From an uncultured Chloroflexota bacterium (lineage in GTDB: Bacteria > Chloroflexota > UBA6077 > CF-72): a stretch of DNA of 64,000 nucleotides. Each line of letters starts with the position of its first letter. Position 1 is the first letter of the stretch. Made by a program: the position numbers and the translations under genes. Positions 23,002 to 32,835 of the stretch are shown here, piece by piece. The notes under the pieces are model-generated. The model had not been told where the DNA came from, did no database searches, and saw only the letters and a list, made by a program, of their open reading frames with translations. The stretch spans positions 66,421 through 130,420 of the forward strand of contig CAYSYM010000003.1 of NCBI GenBank assembly GCA_964435115.1. Reading direction: 5' to 3'.

Positions 23002-24273
23002 TCAGCAGGCTACGCCCGGGGTGTCGCCGTGCTCGACCCGACCCGGCAGCCAGAAGCTGCGCGCGGATGCGCCGTAGGGCCCTGCTCCGCTCCGCTCGGG
23101 GACGAGCACCTCACGGCGGTAGCCGGCCGGGAATCGCCCCGCGAGCGCGTCCCGGATCCAGTCGGCGAGGAACGGGAAGGCCGGCAGACCTCCCAGGTTC
23201 CGGCAGCTGAACGGGGCGTGGAAGTCGTTCTCCAGCACCCACAGCTCCTTGGGCCCGGGGATGCTCTCGTACACCGCGTACGCGTCCTCCAGGTGGCACA
23301 GCGGGTCGTATTCGCCGACGACCTGGAGCGAGGGGCACCGCACGTGCGCTGCCGCCTCGTCCAGTGTGAGCTGCTCGGCCAGGCGGTCAAAGGCGTCCTC
23401 GTCGTGGAGCCCGGCCATGTACATGAACATCTGCTTGAAGCGCGGTGAGGCCTCCTCGAAGATCGCCCGCTTGCTCCCGTAGCACGCGGCCGCCGTCGCG
23501 ACGGCCTTCACCCGCTCGTCGTGGGCGGCGAGGCGCATGCCCCAGAACGAGCCCATGCTGAAACCGGACACCGCGATCCGATCCGGGTCGACTTCGGCCC
23601 GCCGCGCCAGCCAGTCGATGCAGGCGCTGCCCGCCCGTTCGTAGTTGTCCGCCGTCACGCGGATCTTGCGCAGGTTGCTGATCCCCTGCCCCGGCCCGTC
23701 GATGGTGAGGAGGTGCATACCGCGCGCCAGGAACGGGTTGTTGGCCGGGTCGGGGAATGCCTCCTTGGTCATGTCCATGCCGGGACAGAAGAGCACCGCG
23801 GGCGCCCGGCGGCGATCAGGCAGCAGGTGCAGCAGGCCGGCGATCGTCACGTCCCCCCACGGGATCTCCACCCGCTCGATCGGGTGCTCGCTCAGGGCGA
23901 TGAGGCGGCCGTAGCAGGCCTCCAGGCGCCCGTACAGGTAGATCTTCTCGGGGTGATCGTCCTGGAAGATGGCGTGCTGGGCGTGGCGGTACGTCTCGCT
24001 GGCCCGCCAGTACAGCTCGCGCGCGGTCTCGGCGTGGCCGCGCTCCTCGGCCGCCCGGGCCAGCTCCTCCTGGTGGCGCCCGATCTTCTCCATGACGCGC
24101 GGGATCATCCGGTAGCTCTTCACTTCCGGCGGGAACCGCCGTTCGTCGTAGGCGAAGTTCTGCTCCCGCCCGGTGACCTTAACCAGGTAGTCCAGCAGCC
24201 ACTGCTGGTTATCGCGGCGCCGCTCGAGCTTCAGGCTGCCGCTCCGCCGCGCTGCTGCTGCCACGCCTTCCAT
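23002..24273 (-). CDS. Alpha/beta hydrolase (DHPON-hydrolase/dienelactone-hydrolase-like)
   Basis: GFSMGS nucleophile elbow and a C-terminal His region. Start placed at MEGVAAAA; the 5' part of the ORF is uncertain. Confidence 0.6.
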   Translation of the reverse strand: MEGVAAAARRSGSLKLERRRDNQQWLLDYLVKVTGREQNFAYDERRFPPEVKSYRMIPRVMEKIGRHQEELARAAEERGHAETARELYWRASETYRHAQHAIFQDDHPEKIYLYGRLEACYGRLIALSEHPIERVEIPWGDVTIAGLLHLLPDRRRAPAVLFCPGMDMTKEAFPDPANNPFLARGMHLLTIDGPGQGISNLRKIRVTADNYERAGSACIDWLARRAEVDPDRIAVSGFSMGSFWGMRLAAHDERVKAVATAAACYGSKRAIFEEASPRFKQMFMYMAGLHDEDAFDRLAEQLTLDEAAAHVRCPSLQVVGEYDPLCHLEDAYAVYESIPGPKELWVLENDFHAPFSCRNLGGLPAFPFLADWIRDALAGRFPAGYRREVLVPERSGAGPYGASARSFWLPGRVEHGDTPGVAC

Positions 24274-24411
24274 CCGTCCTCCCGTCCCGTTCAACCCACC
24301 GCCCACCGCCCGCTTCGGCGCCTCGACCGCCCCCTTGACAGGCCGGGCCGTCCTCCGTAGACTCGTTTCGTCGACGGTATACTGTCGACGAAGCATCGTA
24401 GAGGAGGGTGC

Positions 24412-25392
24412 ATGGCCCGCGCAAGCGTCGTCGTCACGGACACCGTGTTCCCGTCCCTTGATCCCGAGCGCCGCGTGCTGGCCGACCTGGCCGAGGTCGT
24501 GCTGGCGCCCGCGTCGGATGAGGCGACGCTACGCCAGGTCGCCGCGGACGCGGACGCGGTGCTCAACTGCTACGCCCCGCTCTCTGCCGACCTGATCCGT
24601 TCACTGCGACGCTGCCGGATCATCGCCCGCTACGGCATTGGCGTGGACACGGTCGACCTCCCCGCCGCCACCGCCGCGGGCATCCTGGTGACCAACGTCC
24701 CCGACTACTGCATCGACGAGGTGTCCGACCACGCCCTGGCGCTGATCCTGGCGCTCAGCCGCGGGCTCGCCCGCGCCCGGCCCGCGACGCGGGCCGGCAC
24801 GTGGGACCTGGCCAGCGTCCGGCCGCTCCACCGGCTCCGCGGCCAGACCCTGGCGCTGCTCGGCTTCGGCCGCATCGCCCGGGCGCTCGCCGCCAAGGCG
24901 GCTCCCCTGGGCGTGCGGATCCTGGCGTACGACCCCTACCTGGCGCCGGAGGCCATCCGGGCCGGTGGAGCCGAGCCGGCCGACCTGGCCACCGCGCTCC
25001 GCGAGGCTGACGTCGTCTCCGTCCACGTGCCGCTCAGCGCTGAGACGCGCCACCTCATCGGCACCGCCGCCCTCGAGCAGATGAAGCCGACCGCGTTCCT
25101 CGTGAACACCGCCCGCGGCGGCCTGGTCGACACCCAGGCGCTCACCGCGGCGCTCCAGGCGGGCCGGCTCGCCGGCGCCGCGCTCGACGTCCTGGAGAGC
25201 GAGCCGCCACCGGCGGACCTGCCGCTGCTCCGCCTCCCCAACGTCATCCTGACCCCGCACGCCGCGTTCTACTCGGAGGAGTCCCTCGTCGAGTTGCAGA
25301 CCCGCGCCGCCGAGGAGGTCGCCCGCGTGCTGCGCGGCGAGCCGCCGCGCTCGCTGGTCAACGCGGACCTGCTGGCGAGCCGCGCCGGATGA
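24412..25392 (+). CDS. D-isomer-specific 2-hydroxyacid dehydrogenase
   Basis: GFGRIARALA NAD-binding motif and FLVNTARGGLVD; 326 aa. Confidence 0.85.
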   Translation: MARASVVVTDTVFPSLDPERRVLADLAEVVLAPASDEATLRQVAADADAVLNCYAPLSADLIRSLRRCRIIARYGIGVDTVDLPAATAAGILVTNVPDYCIDEVSDHALALILALSRGLARARPATRAGTWDLASVRPLHRLRGQTLALLGFGRIARALAAKAAPLGVRILAYDPYLAPEAIRAGGAEPADLATALREADVVSVHVPLSAETRHLIGTAALEQMKPTAFLVNTARGGLVDTQALTAALQAGRLAGAALDVLESEPPPADLPLLRLPNVILTPHAAFYSEESLVELQTRAAEEVARVLRGEPPRSLVNADLLASRAG

Positions 25393-26141
25393 GCGCCGCC
25401 ATGCCCCGGGCTGCCATTCGCGACCACCCCTCGCTGCGGGAGGTGGTCTACCGGCAGATCAAGGAGGCGATCTTCAGCGGGCGCCTCGAGCCGGGCAGGC
25501 GGATCGTGGAGCAGAACCTCTCGGACGAGCTCGGCGTGAGCCGCAGCCCGGTGCGCGAGGCGCTGCGCCGCCTGGAGCGGGAAGGGCTGGTGGAAGCCTC
25601 GCCGAGGCGGGGTGTCTCGGTGGCCGCCCCGACCGTGCGCGAAGTCATGCACGTCTACACCATTCGTGAGGTGCTCGAGGGCCTCGCCGCCCGCCTGGCG
25701 GCGTGCAACGTTGACGACGACGCCGTGGCCGCGATGGCGCGCATCCTCGTGCGCATGGAGGACGCCGTCCGGCGCGGCGACATCAAGGCCGCGTCGCGCG
25801 CCGACACCCAGTTCCACGCCCGGCTGCTCGACGCCACCGACAACGAGCGGCTGGTCGACCTCACCTCGCAGCTCGCCGACCTGGTACGGCGGGTCCGCGC
25901 GGCCGTGCTGGCCGAACCCGGCCGTGCGGAAGCGGTCGTGGGCGAGCACCGCGCCATCCTCGAGGCGCTGGCGGCGCGCGACCCGGAGTCCGCCGAGCGC
26001 CACATGCGGGCCCACGTGCGGCGGGCCCGCGATCACATGCTACGAATCCTGACGCGGGACGCCGAGTCGGGAGTGAGACCCAGGGAGGGTGCCGGCGGGC
26101 GCGCCCCGGTGATCCGCCGGAGCCGCCTGGAGGCCTCGTGA
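25389..26141 (+). CDS. GntR-family transcriptional regulator (FadR/FCD subfamily)
   Basis: N-terminal winged HTH (RIVEQNLSDELGVSRSPVREALRRLEREGLV) and a C-terminal FCD domain; 4-bp overlap with the upstream dehydrogenase. Confidence 0.8.
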   Translation: MSAAMPRAAIRDHPSLREVVYRQIKEAIFSGRLEPGRRIVEQNLSDELGVSRSPVREALRRLEREGLVEASPRRGVSVAAPTVREVMHVYTIREVLEGLAARLAACNVDDDAVAAMARILVRMEDAVRRGDIKAASRADTQFHARLLDATDNERLVDLTSQLADLVRRVRAAVLAEPGRAEAVVGEHRAILEALAARDPESAERHMRAHVRRARDHMLRILTRDAESGVRPREGAGGRAPVIRRSRLEAS

Positions 26142-26187
26142 GCGAGTAGCCACCCGAGATGGGGGAGTACAGCAGGGAGGGCAACAG

Positions 26188-27294
26188 ATGACACGCGTCC
26201 AGACCGGGTGCCGCGTCGCCGCGCTTCTCGTGATTGCGCTCGTCGTGGGAGTCGGCTGCACCACCGCGCCGCCAGCGGCTCAGCCAGCCGGGGCCAAGCC
26301 TGAACCGGCCGCGCCGCAGGTCGCACCGGCGACGGCGCCCTTGAGCGCCACCATGGCAGTCGGCAACAACCTCAACCACGTGCCGGCGTTCGTCGGGGTG
26401 GAGAAGGGGATCTTCCTCAAGAACGGGCTCGACCTCAAGCTGAAGGTGCTGAACACCGGCGTCGAGATGAACAAGGCGATGCAGGCCGGCGAGGCGGCGT
26501 TCGCCGGCGCATCGGTCACCAACACCCCGCTCGCCCGCGAGGAGGGCATCCCTCAGGTGGCCGTCGTCGGCTACATGAACGACGCCACCACGGCCCGCGG
26601 CGATAGTCCGCTGGCGGTGGTGGCGCGCAAGGAGGCCGGGATCGGCGAGGGCAAGATCGAAGCGCTGGCCGGCAAGAAGGTCGGCCTCGCCGTGGGCGGC
26701 ACCGGTGACGAGTACCTGCGCCTCCTCTTGAAGACGCGCGGCGTGCCGGATAGCGCGGTCACCTTCATCAACGTCGCGCCCGGCAACCAGCTCTCGGCGA
26801 TCCAGAACGGCAGCGTCGACGTCATCTCCACCTGGGAGCCCTACGGCACCCAGATCCTCGAGAAGCTCTCGGGCTCGGTCCTCGTGATCCGCGGCGGAGG
26901 CTACCTCGGCTACGTCATCATGGCCTCCAGCACCGAGGAGATCATTAAGAACCAGCCCGAGCTGGTGAAACGGTTCGTGGCGGGGGTGGCCGAGGCCACC
27001 CAGTACGCGCGCCAGAACCCGGACGAGGCGGCCGAGATCTCGACCCGCTGGATCCCCGGCCTCGACGTGGAGGTGGCCAAGAAGGCGATTCGGTTCATGC
27101 CGTTCGATGCCCGCATCAGCAAGTACTCGATCCAGGCGTTCGAGGACTCCGTCAAGGTCCTGCTGGACCAGAAGAAGCTCAAGCAGTCGGTCTCAGTCGC
27201 AGACGCTATCAACACGACCTTCATCGAGCAGGTGATGCGCGAGCGCCCGGAGCTCTTCAGCGACCTCAAGCCGATCCCCTCAGCGCGACTGTAG
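26188..27294 (+). CDS. NMT1/THI5-like ABC substrate-binding lipoprotein (NitT/TauT family)
   Basis: 368 aa with a lipobox (VGVGC) and the SsuA/ThiY-like fold. Its last 16 nt lie inside inverted-repeat copy 1. Confidence 0.75.
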   Translation: MTRVQTGCRVAALLVIALVVGVGCTTAPPAAQPAGAKPEPAAPQVAPATAPLSATMAVGNNLNHVPAFVGVEKGIFLKNGLDLKLKVLNTGVEMNKAMQAGEAAFAGASVTNTPLAREEGIPQVAVVGYMNDATTARGDSPLAVVARKEAGIGEGKIEALAGKKVGLAVGGTGDEYLRLLLKTRGVPDSAVTFINVAPGNQLSAIQNGSVDVISTWEPYGTQILEKLSGSVLVIRGGGYLGYVIMASSTEEIIKNQPELVKRFVAGVAEATQYARQNPDEAAEISTRWIPGLDVEVAKKAIRFMPFDARISKYSIQAFEDSVKVLLDQKKLKQSVSVADAINTTFIEQVMRERPELFSDLKPIPSARL

Positions 27295-27506
27295 CCGTTC
27301 AGGCGGCGTAGCAGCGGGTGGTGGTGAGGCGGTCCACGCGGGGCCGGGGGAGGTGTCCCCGCTCGCCCTCGGGAGCGGACGTGCCGGGAACCTCGTGCGC
27401 CCCCAGCTCGCGGCGGACCAGCGCCAGCGCATCGACGCGGGTCGGGTGGGCCTTGCGCTCCCGGGCGGCCTGCCGAAGGGCGGGGCGCGGCGTGGGCAGC
27501 CGCCGG
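27279..27506. repeat. Inverted repeat copy 1 (228 bp), identical to the reverse complement of 32405..32633
   Basis: I compared both copies directly. ctcagcgcgactgtagccgttcaggcggcgtagcagcgggtggtgg...ggcgtgggcagccgccgg matches the reverse complement of the second copy with no mismatch that I could find. Confidence 0.85.
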
Positions 27507-27587
27507 TGGGAGGGTACGCGGCGGCCTCGTCCCTCCTGGACAGAGCGGGGATGCCGCCTACCCTACCGTGCTTCCCGGCTCAAAGGG

Positions 27588-28046
27588 CTAAAGTCGAGAG
27601 AAGACGAGATTGACTAGGAAGAGGAAGGCCAGCGGGAGGGTGTCCACGATGCCGAACAGCGCGTACGCGAACGCCACACCACCGTGCAGGAGATTGGTCG
27701 CCACGAGCGTGGTCCGCCTGTCCCAGCGGTCCACGTAGACGCCCGCCGGAGCGCCGATGAGCACGCTGGGGAGAATGAGCGTGAGCACTGCGAGGCTCAA
27801 CTGCGTGCTGGAGCTGCTCTTCTGGTGGACGAGAATGACGATCCCATACCAGATGGCGTTCTGTGCCGTCTGACTGATCGCTTGAGCTAGCCACAGCGAT
27901 TCGAAGGCACGGTTTCGCCACGGTACGGCATCGGCCGCGGTGGTCGTCGGCCCCCAGGGCGCTGCCACCGCCGCGTGGGACTGAGGCGTAACGTGGCGCC
28001 TGACGCCCTGCCCACTTCGGCTGTGAGACACGAGGTGATGCGCCAA
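27588..28046 (-). pseudogene. MFS transporter N-terminal fragment (about 135 aa; C-terminal two-thirds missing)
   Basis: RNRAFESLWLAQAISQTAQNAIWYGIVILV...YVDRWDRRTTLVATNLL is a typical MFS TM1–TM3 region (RNRNFRLLWAGQ...DRWDRRR). A stop follows after about 135 aa, 80 bp from repeat copy 1. Confidence 0.55.
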
Positions 28047-28608
28047 CGGGACAGACCCCTACGCACGAGGCGAAGGCGCGAACACGCAGCGTGAAGGACA
28101 GCCGTCCCACCCGTGGCCCGTCGTTCCGCCTTCGAAACTCCTGGACGCGTCAGCGAACGAAGCTCCGCGGCCCACTCGAGACCAGAGCCGTCTCAGCAGC
28201 CTGTGCGACGCCGACACGTTCCGATGGCGGCGGCAATCAGCCGCCTGGTTCACTCCGGCGTTGCCCTACCTCGCCTGTGCCTCCCCAGGCGCCCCACCAT
28301 CCGTGGGGCTCCCGCAAGTCACATGTCAGGGGGGCAGTGAGAAGCTGGGAGCCAGGCGCAGTGGGGTGCAACCCGACGACACCACGATTGGGGCACTCAG
28401 GCGCGCCGCCGCACGAAGGAGCGAGACGGAGGCAAGGGAGTGGCCTGGCTGCTCGCCGAGGCAGCGCGGAGCGGTGGCTCGGACTTCTTGAGGGTGGCCG
28501 GATGCGTGCGATGCATGGGAGTGGGGAATGGGACGGTCTGTCGTCCCGTCGAGGGGCGCATCCACGGCAGCCCAGTGGACATGACCGTGGCACGCGGGCC
28601 GAAGCGAC

Positions 28609-29010
28609 TCATGGTGCGTGCCGTCGGATGAGCTCAAGCAGGGCGTCCAGATCAAACGGCTTCTCGCCGAAGCCCGCCGCGCCGAGCTCGGCCATCCGCC
28701 ATCGCGCGGCACGGTCGGTGGTGAACGCGATGATCGGGGCGTGCGGCCCGGGTAGGCGCTCGTACAGTGCAGCGAAGCCACAGCCATCGAGGATGGGCAT
28801 GTGCACGTCCAGCAAGATGCCGTCAGGACCGTGCGCCCGGACGCGCTCGAGTCCGGTCCGGCCATCTTGCGCGGTGGCCACCTCGTACCCCTCGTCGCGT
28901 AGCGCGGGCGCGACCACCTCGCAAATCTGGGTGTCGTCGTCCACGACGAGGACGCGCCGTGGCGGTTCGCAGGCAGGTCCCGCTGCCGCTGGGCTGACCT
29001 GGGCCTGCAG
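28609..29010 (-). CDS. Response regulator receiver domain protein (standalone, CheY-like)
   Basis: RVLVVDDDTQICEVV...GILLDVHMPILDG...PIIAFT. The N-terminal boundary is uncertain; the ORF extends to 29283. Confidence 0.65.
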   Translation of the reverse strand: MQAQVSPAAAGPACEPPRRVLVVDDDTQICEVVAPALRDEGYEVATAQDGRTGLERVRAHGPDGILLDVHMPILDGCGFAALYERLPGPHAPIIAFTTDRAARWRMAELGAAGFGEKPFDLDALLELIRRHAP

Positions 29011-29768
29011 CGTGTGCCCTCGACCGTCCCGCCTGTTTCGCCCCTGAGGCTTCTCCAGAGGCTCTACCGGTCGCACGGAAATCGTGTGGTCTCGGGTGCG
29101 CACCTCCAACGCCACCATGGGGAGCGTGAGCGGCAACCGGCGTGCCACACGCCTGGAAATCGCGGACGCATAGCAGAGCATCGGCGGGCACGGCCGAGGG
29201 TGGCGGCCCGGCCGCCGCCGACCAAGCAGCTGCCTCGACGGCCGAGGCGGGAGGTCTTCAGATCCCTTGGCCAGGCGGTCCAATCACGCGGGTGGTCTGC
29301 ACCGTCGCGCCCATCCGTCTCGTCCCGGATGACACGCTTCTCCGCCGCCGTCTGCTCGACGAAGGGCCTGGCGCCCGGGATCGCAAGCGTCCTCGCGGTC
29401 CGCCCGCGGACGTTCGCGTACGGTACGGATGTCATCAACCGGATTACCACACGCCGGCGACCGGGAAGCCGTGTTTGCTCGCGATGCTTGCCCCTCGGCT
29501 CGCGCGCCATCACGGGAGTTCGCGCGCGCCATCGCGGGAGACAGCGGAGCCCGCGGCGCCGATCGGGCGTGGCGCTTCCGAAGCGGAGCGATCCAGCCCT
29601 GCTGTGCCGCCTGACACCGAAGCGCGCGCACGACCTGCCGGACCCGGCACTCCGCGAGACGAACCATCGCGGGACGTTGCCCGTGGCCGCACCAATACTT
29701 GGGCCACGCACGGCTAGCCTCTAGAATCGGGTGCGGACCCGCCCACGCGCCAGTCTGGCCCGACGGAG

Positions 29769-31037
29769 ATGCTGATGACGCCGCCGAACGCCGATGCCGA
29801 CGCCGATGCGAACGCACGCATCGCGCCGCTGACGCAGCACGCTGAGCTGGGTGAGGTCGCCGCGGCGCTCACCCGCGAGCGCGATGCCATCCTACACGCG
29901 TGGCTCGAGGCCGCGCGCCTTCAGGCGTTCCACGTCGGCCGGCGCGAACGTGCGGTGGCGGACAACATCCCGATGCTGTTCGATGCGCTCGTGGCGCTCC
30001 TGCAGCGCAGCGCCCCGCGCTGGGTCGAGCCGGGGCCGCCCCTCGAGGACCCCGCGATCTTGCGCGCGGCCCAAGAGCACGCGCGGGTCCGCTTCGAGCA
30101 GGGCCTGCAGCCGGCCGACGTGGTCACGGAGTTTCGCTTGCTGCGCCAGGAGATTGGGCGAGCCCTCCGGTTCCACCTGGCCGATCGTGCCCCGTTGAGC
30201 GACGTCCTGGCGGCCGAGCTGCTCGTCCACGACGCGCTGGACGGCGCCATCTCGGTGGCGCTCGACGCCATCACGACGCACATCGAGGAGGTCCGCGAGG
30301 ACTTCCTCGCCACGACGCTGCACGACGTGGGCCAGCCCTTGACGGCCGTCAAGGGCAGCATTGGCCTCGCCCTGCGTGAGCTCCAACACCCCCCGCTTGA
30401 CCGCGAGCAGCTCGCACGCACGTTGGGTCGGGCGGCGGCCGAGACGGAGCGTCTGTGGGCGCTGTTGGCCGACCTCGCGGACCGGTCGCGCCTGGCGCTC
30501 GGACGCCACGACGTGCACCTCGACGCTCTGGACCTGAGCGCGCTGGTGCGCGCGGTGGTCGAACGGGTCGACCCGGAGGAGGCCCGACGCGTCGTCATCG
30601 TCGACGCGGTGCACCCCATGACGGTGCGGGGCGATGCCCGTCTCCTCGCGCGCGTGCTGGACAATCTCCTCTCCAATGCGCTCAAGTACTCCGCGCCGCT
30701 GGGGCGGGTGACGGTCGCGCTCGCGCGCGAGGCCGACCGCGCGCAGGTGGCGGTCCAGGATACGGGCATCGGCCTGACGGCCGACGAGCTGGAGGGCTTG
30801 TTCCGGCGCTACGCGCGTGCGGGCTCCGCCGTCGCGCGCGGGGTCCCCGGAGATGGGCTGGGCCTGTATCTGTCGCGCGGCATCGTGGAGGCACATGGCG
30901 GACGGCTCTGGCTCGAGTCGCCCGGACGCGACCAGGGAACGACAGCCCACCTCGTCCTCCCCACCGCGCCCATCGATGCGAGCGACGTCCCGCTTTCCCT
31001 GACGGCGCAGCCTGGAGCACGCGGCCCCAGCAACTAA
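29769..31037 (+). CDS. Sensor histidine kinase (cytoplasmic; RsbR-N/globin-like N-terminal domain plus HisKA plus HATPase_c)
   Basis: H-box ATTLHDVGQPLTAV, N-box LLSNALKYS, and G-boxes DTGIGL and GDGLGL. No transmembrane segments are evident. Confidence 0.8.
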   Translation: MLMTPPNADADADANARIAPLTQHAELGEVAAALTRERDAILHAWLEAARLQAFHVGRRERAVADNIPMLFDALVALLQRSAPRWVEPGPPLEDPAILRAAQEHARVRFEQGLQPADVVTEFRLLRQEIGRALRFHLADRAPLSDVLAAELLVHDALDGAISVALDAITTHIEEVREDFLATTLHDVGQPLTAVKGSIGLALRELQHPPLDREQLARTLGRAAAETERLWALLADLADRSRLALGRHDVHLDALDLSALVRAVVERVDPEEARRVVIVDAVHPMTVRGDARLLARVLDNLLSNALKYSAPLGRVTVALAREADRAQVAVQDTGIGLTADELEGLFRRYARAGSAVARGVPGDGLGLYLSRGIVEAHGGRLWLESPGRDQGTTAHLVLPTAPIDASDVPLSLTAQPGARGPSN

Positions 31038-31125
31038 CGGACCTTCTGGAGCGGGGTCCCCTGGCCGCAGGTCCGTATCATGATCAGGCGGCGACGGCGT
31101 CCACGGTGCCCGGGAGGGAGGCCGC

Positions 31126-31563
31126 GTGTCCGAGCGCTTGACGGTTGACCACAGCCTGGTCACGGAGCTCGTCCTGCTGCGTGCCCGCCTGGAGCTTGCG
31201 GGCGCGCGCCTGGAACTGGAGCGTGACCAAGCGCAGGAGCGCGCCGACAAGGACGCGATCGGCGCGCTCACCCAGGGACTGGTGATCCTGACGCGCGTGC
31301 GGAACGACGTGCAGGCGGCGCTGAAGGACGCAGCGGGCGACGAAGCCTCCCTGGACCTGCGATTGGAGGGCCCGGCGGTCGTGAAGGCGCTGCGTGGGAT
31401 GCGCGAGACGGTCCAGCAGCGGGTCGGGAGCCCGGCGGGCGGGGCCTCCGTGCGAGCGGAGCTCGAGGTGGTCTGGGCCGAGCTCGAAGCGTTGCGGCAG
31501 TCGGAGCAGGGCGCGCTGAAGCGCCTGGCCGAGCTCCAGCGCCGGATCGCGGACGCCGACTGA
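31126..31563 (+). CDS. Hypothetical coiled-coil protein
   Basis: 145-aa ORF with heptad-like Leu/Glu/Arg-rich sequence; only weak coding evidence. Confidence 0.35.
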   Translation: MSERLTVDHSLVTELVLLRARLELAGARLELERDQAQERADKDAIGALTQGLVILTRVRNDVQAALKDAAGDEASLDLRLEGPAVVKALRGMRETVQQRVGSPAGGASVRAELEVVWAELEALRQSEQGALKRLAELQRRIADAD

Positions 31564-32049
31564 TCAATGCGCTGAGCGTCGGTGACCCGGCCTTGCCGGT
31601 CGGGGGGCAGGCGCGGGCCGGCGCCGCCGCTTGAGCGTGCCTCGGCTGGTGCGACCGTCCTACCACCACCCACCTATGCATGCGCATTCTGTGTCCGTGG
31701 GCCAAGAGGCCGAGCTGTTGGGACCGTCTCGCGCCAGGCGGGACGGGTGGGAGATCAGGCTCCTGTCGGTCCGGAGCGCGGCAGCGACCGCAATGCACAG
31801 CGACGGTGATGAGCAGGCGTGGCAAGGCGGGCCGACGGAGGGACGCCTCGTCAACGGCCACCGTGGTGCCGCTTGGTGCGCGGCGCCTGTGGCGGGAGAA
31901 GCGCCGGCAGCCAGGGCGCTGCGCATGATTGTGCGTTGCCACAACCGTCCCCTTGCTTCACCGCGCCTGGACGCTGTCTTCTCTTGGATCACCCTCGTTC
32001 CCGGTGAGGCCCCCTTGCCCGAGTGTACCGACTCCCTCCCGCGCGCCTC

Positions 32050-32393
32050 CCGCCGCGTGCGCGCCGCCTCCGCCGCGCTACTCGACGCCGACTCTGCCAC
32101 ACTGCTGGCTCGCGTGCAGGACATGCTCTGCGAGACCACCCGTGCGCAAATCGTTCGTGCCCTCTCGGCGACGCCGCTGAGCGTCTCGGAGTTGGCGCAC
32201 GTGATCGGCCGCGGCAAGTAGTCCACGAGCCGCCACCTGCGCGTGCTGTGGGAGGCCGGGCTCATCGTCGCGAGGCGGCGCGGGCGCTTCATCTTCTACA
32301 GCCCGTTGGACGACCCCGCCGTGGCGTCCGCGCTCGTGTCCCTCGACGCGGTCGCCGCTCAGAAGGGCGGGGATGGCGCCTGAGCGCGCCGCG
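32050..32393 (+). pseudogene. ArsR/SmtB-family regulator with an in-frame TAG inside the recognition helix
   Basis: TTRAQIVRALSATPLSVSELAHVIGRGK*STSRHLRVLWEAGLIVARRRGRFIFYSPLD aligns to the ArsR HTH ...LGLSQSAVSHHLRVLREAGLV.RREGRWVYYRL. The amber codon at 32219-32221 sits where Gln/Ser is expected (CAG to TAG). Confidence 0.55.
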
Positions 32394-32404
32394 CTGCGCG
32401 CTCG

Positions 32405-32633
32405 CCGGCGGCTGCCCACGCCGCGCCCCGCCCTTCGGCAGGCCGCCCGGGAGCGCAAGGCCCACCCGACCCGCGTCGATGCGCTGGCGCTGGTCCGCCG
32501 CGAGCTGGGGGCGCACGAGGTTCCCGGCACGTCCGCTCCCGAGGGCGAGCGGGGACACCTCCCCCGGCCCCGCGTGGACCGCCTCACCACCACCCGCTGC
32601 TACGCCGCCTGAACGGCTACAGTCGCGCTGAGA
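32405..32633. repeat. Inverted repeat copy 2 (reverse complement of 27279..27506)
   Basis: Direct comparison, as for copy 1. Confidence 0.85.
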
Positions 32634-32835
32634 TGGCGGCCAGGATCGAGATCCAGCCGCTGCGGCACGACTACGTCGACCCGTACTCGGGTGACGTAAC
32701 TACTCAGACTCGTGTCACCGGACGTGGTCCGTGACCACGGGGTGTGGTGGGTCCCCGGGGCTATCTACCACCGGTTGACGCGCGATGCCTCACAGGGCCA
32801 GTTCTGCGCATGAGTGTGAGTAGTTACCGGGTGAC

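Noticed and set aside
27318-27617. ORFs encoded within the 228-bp repeat (27318..27617 and its mirror 32078..32593)
   Set aside because: They appear only because the repeat is duplicated. The translations are low-complexity, with no support as genes.
28225-28250. tRNA-like T-arm (cctGGTTCACTCCgg)
   Set aside because: It lacks the conserved A58 and GTTC-R-A context. No acceptor or anticodon stems could be built, so it is not a tRNA.
28091-29047. 318-aa plus-strand ORF and other ORFs in 28050-28600 and 29000-29770
   Set aside because: Low-complexity Arg/Ser/Pro translations with no domain signatures. These regions are treated as non-coding or decayed.
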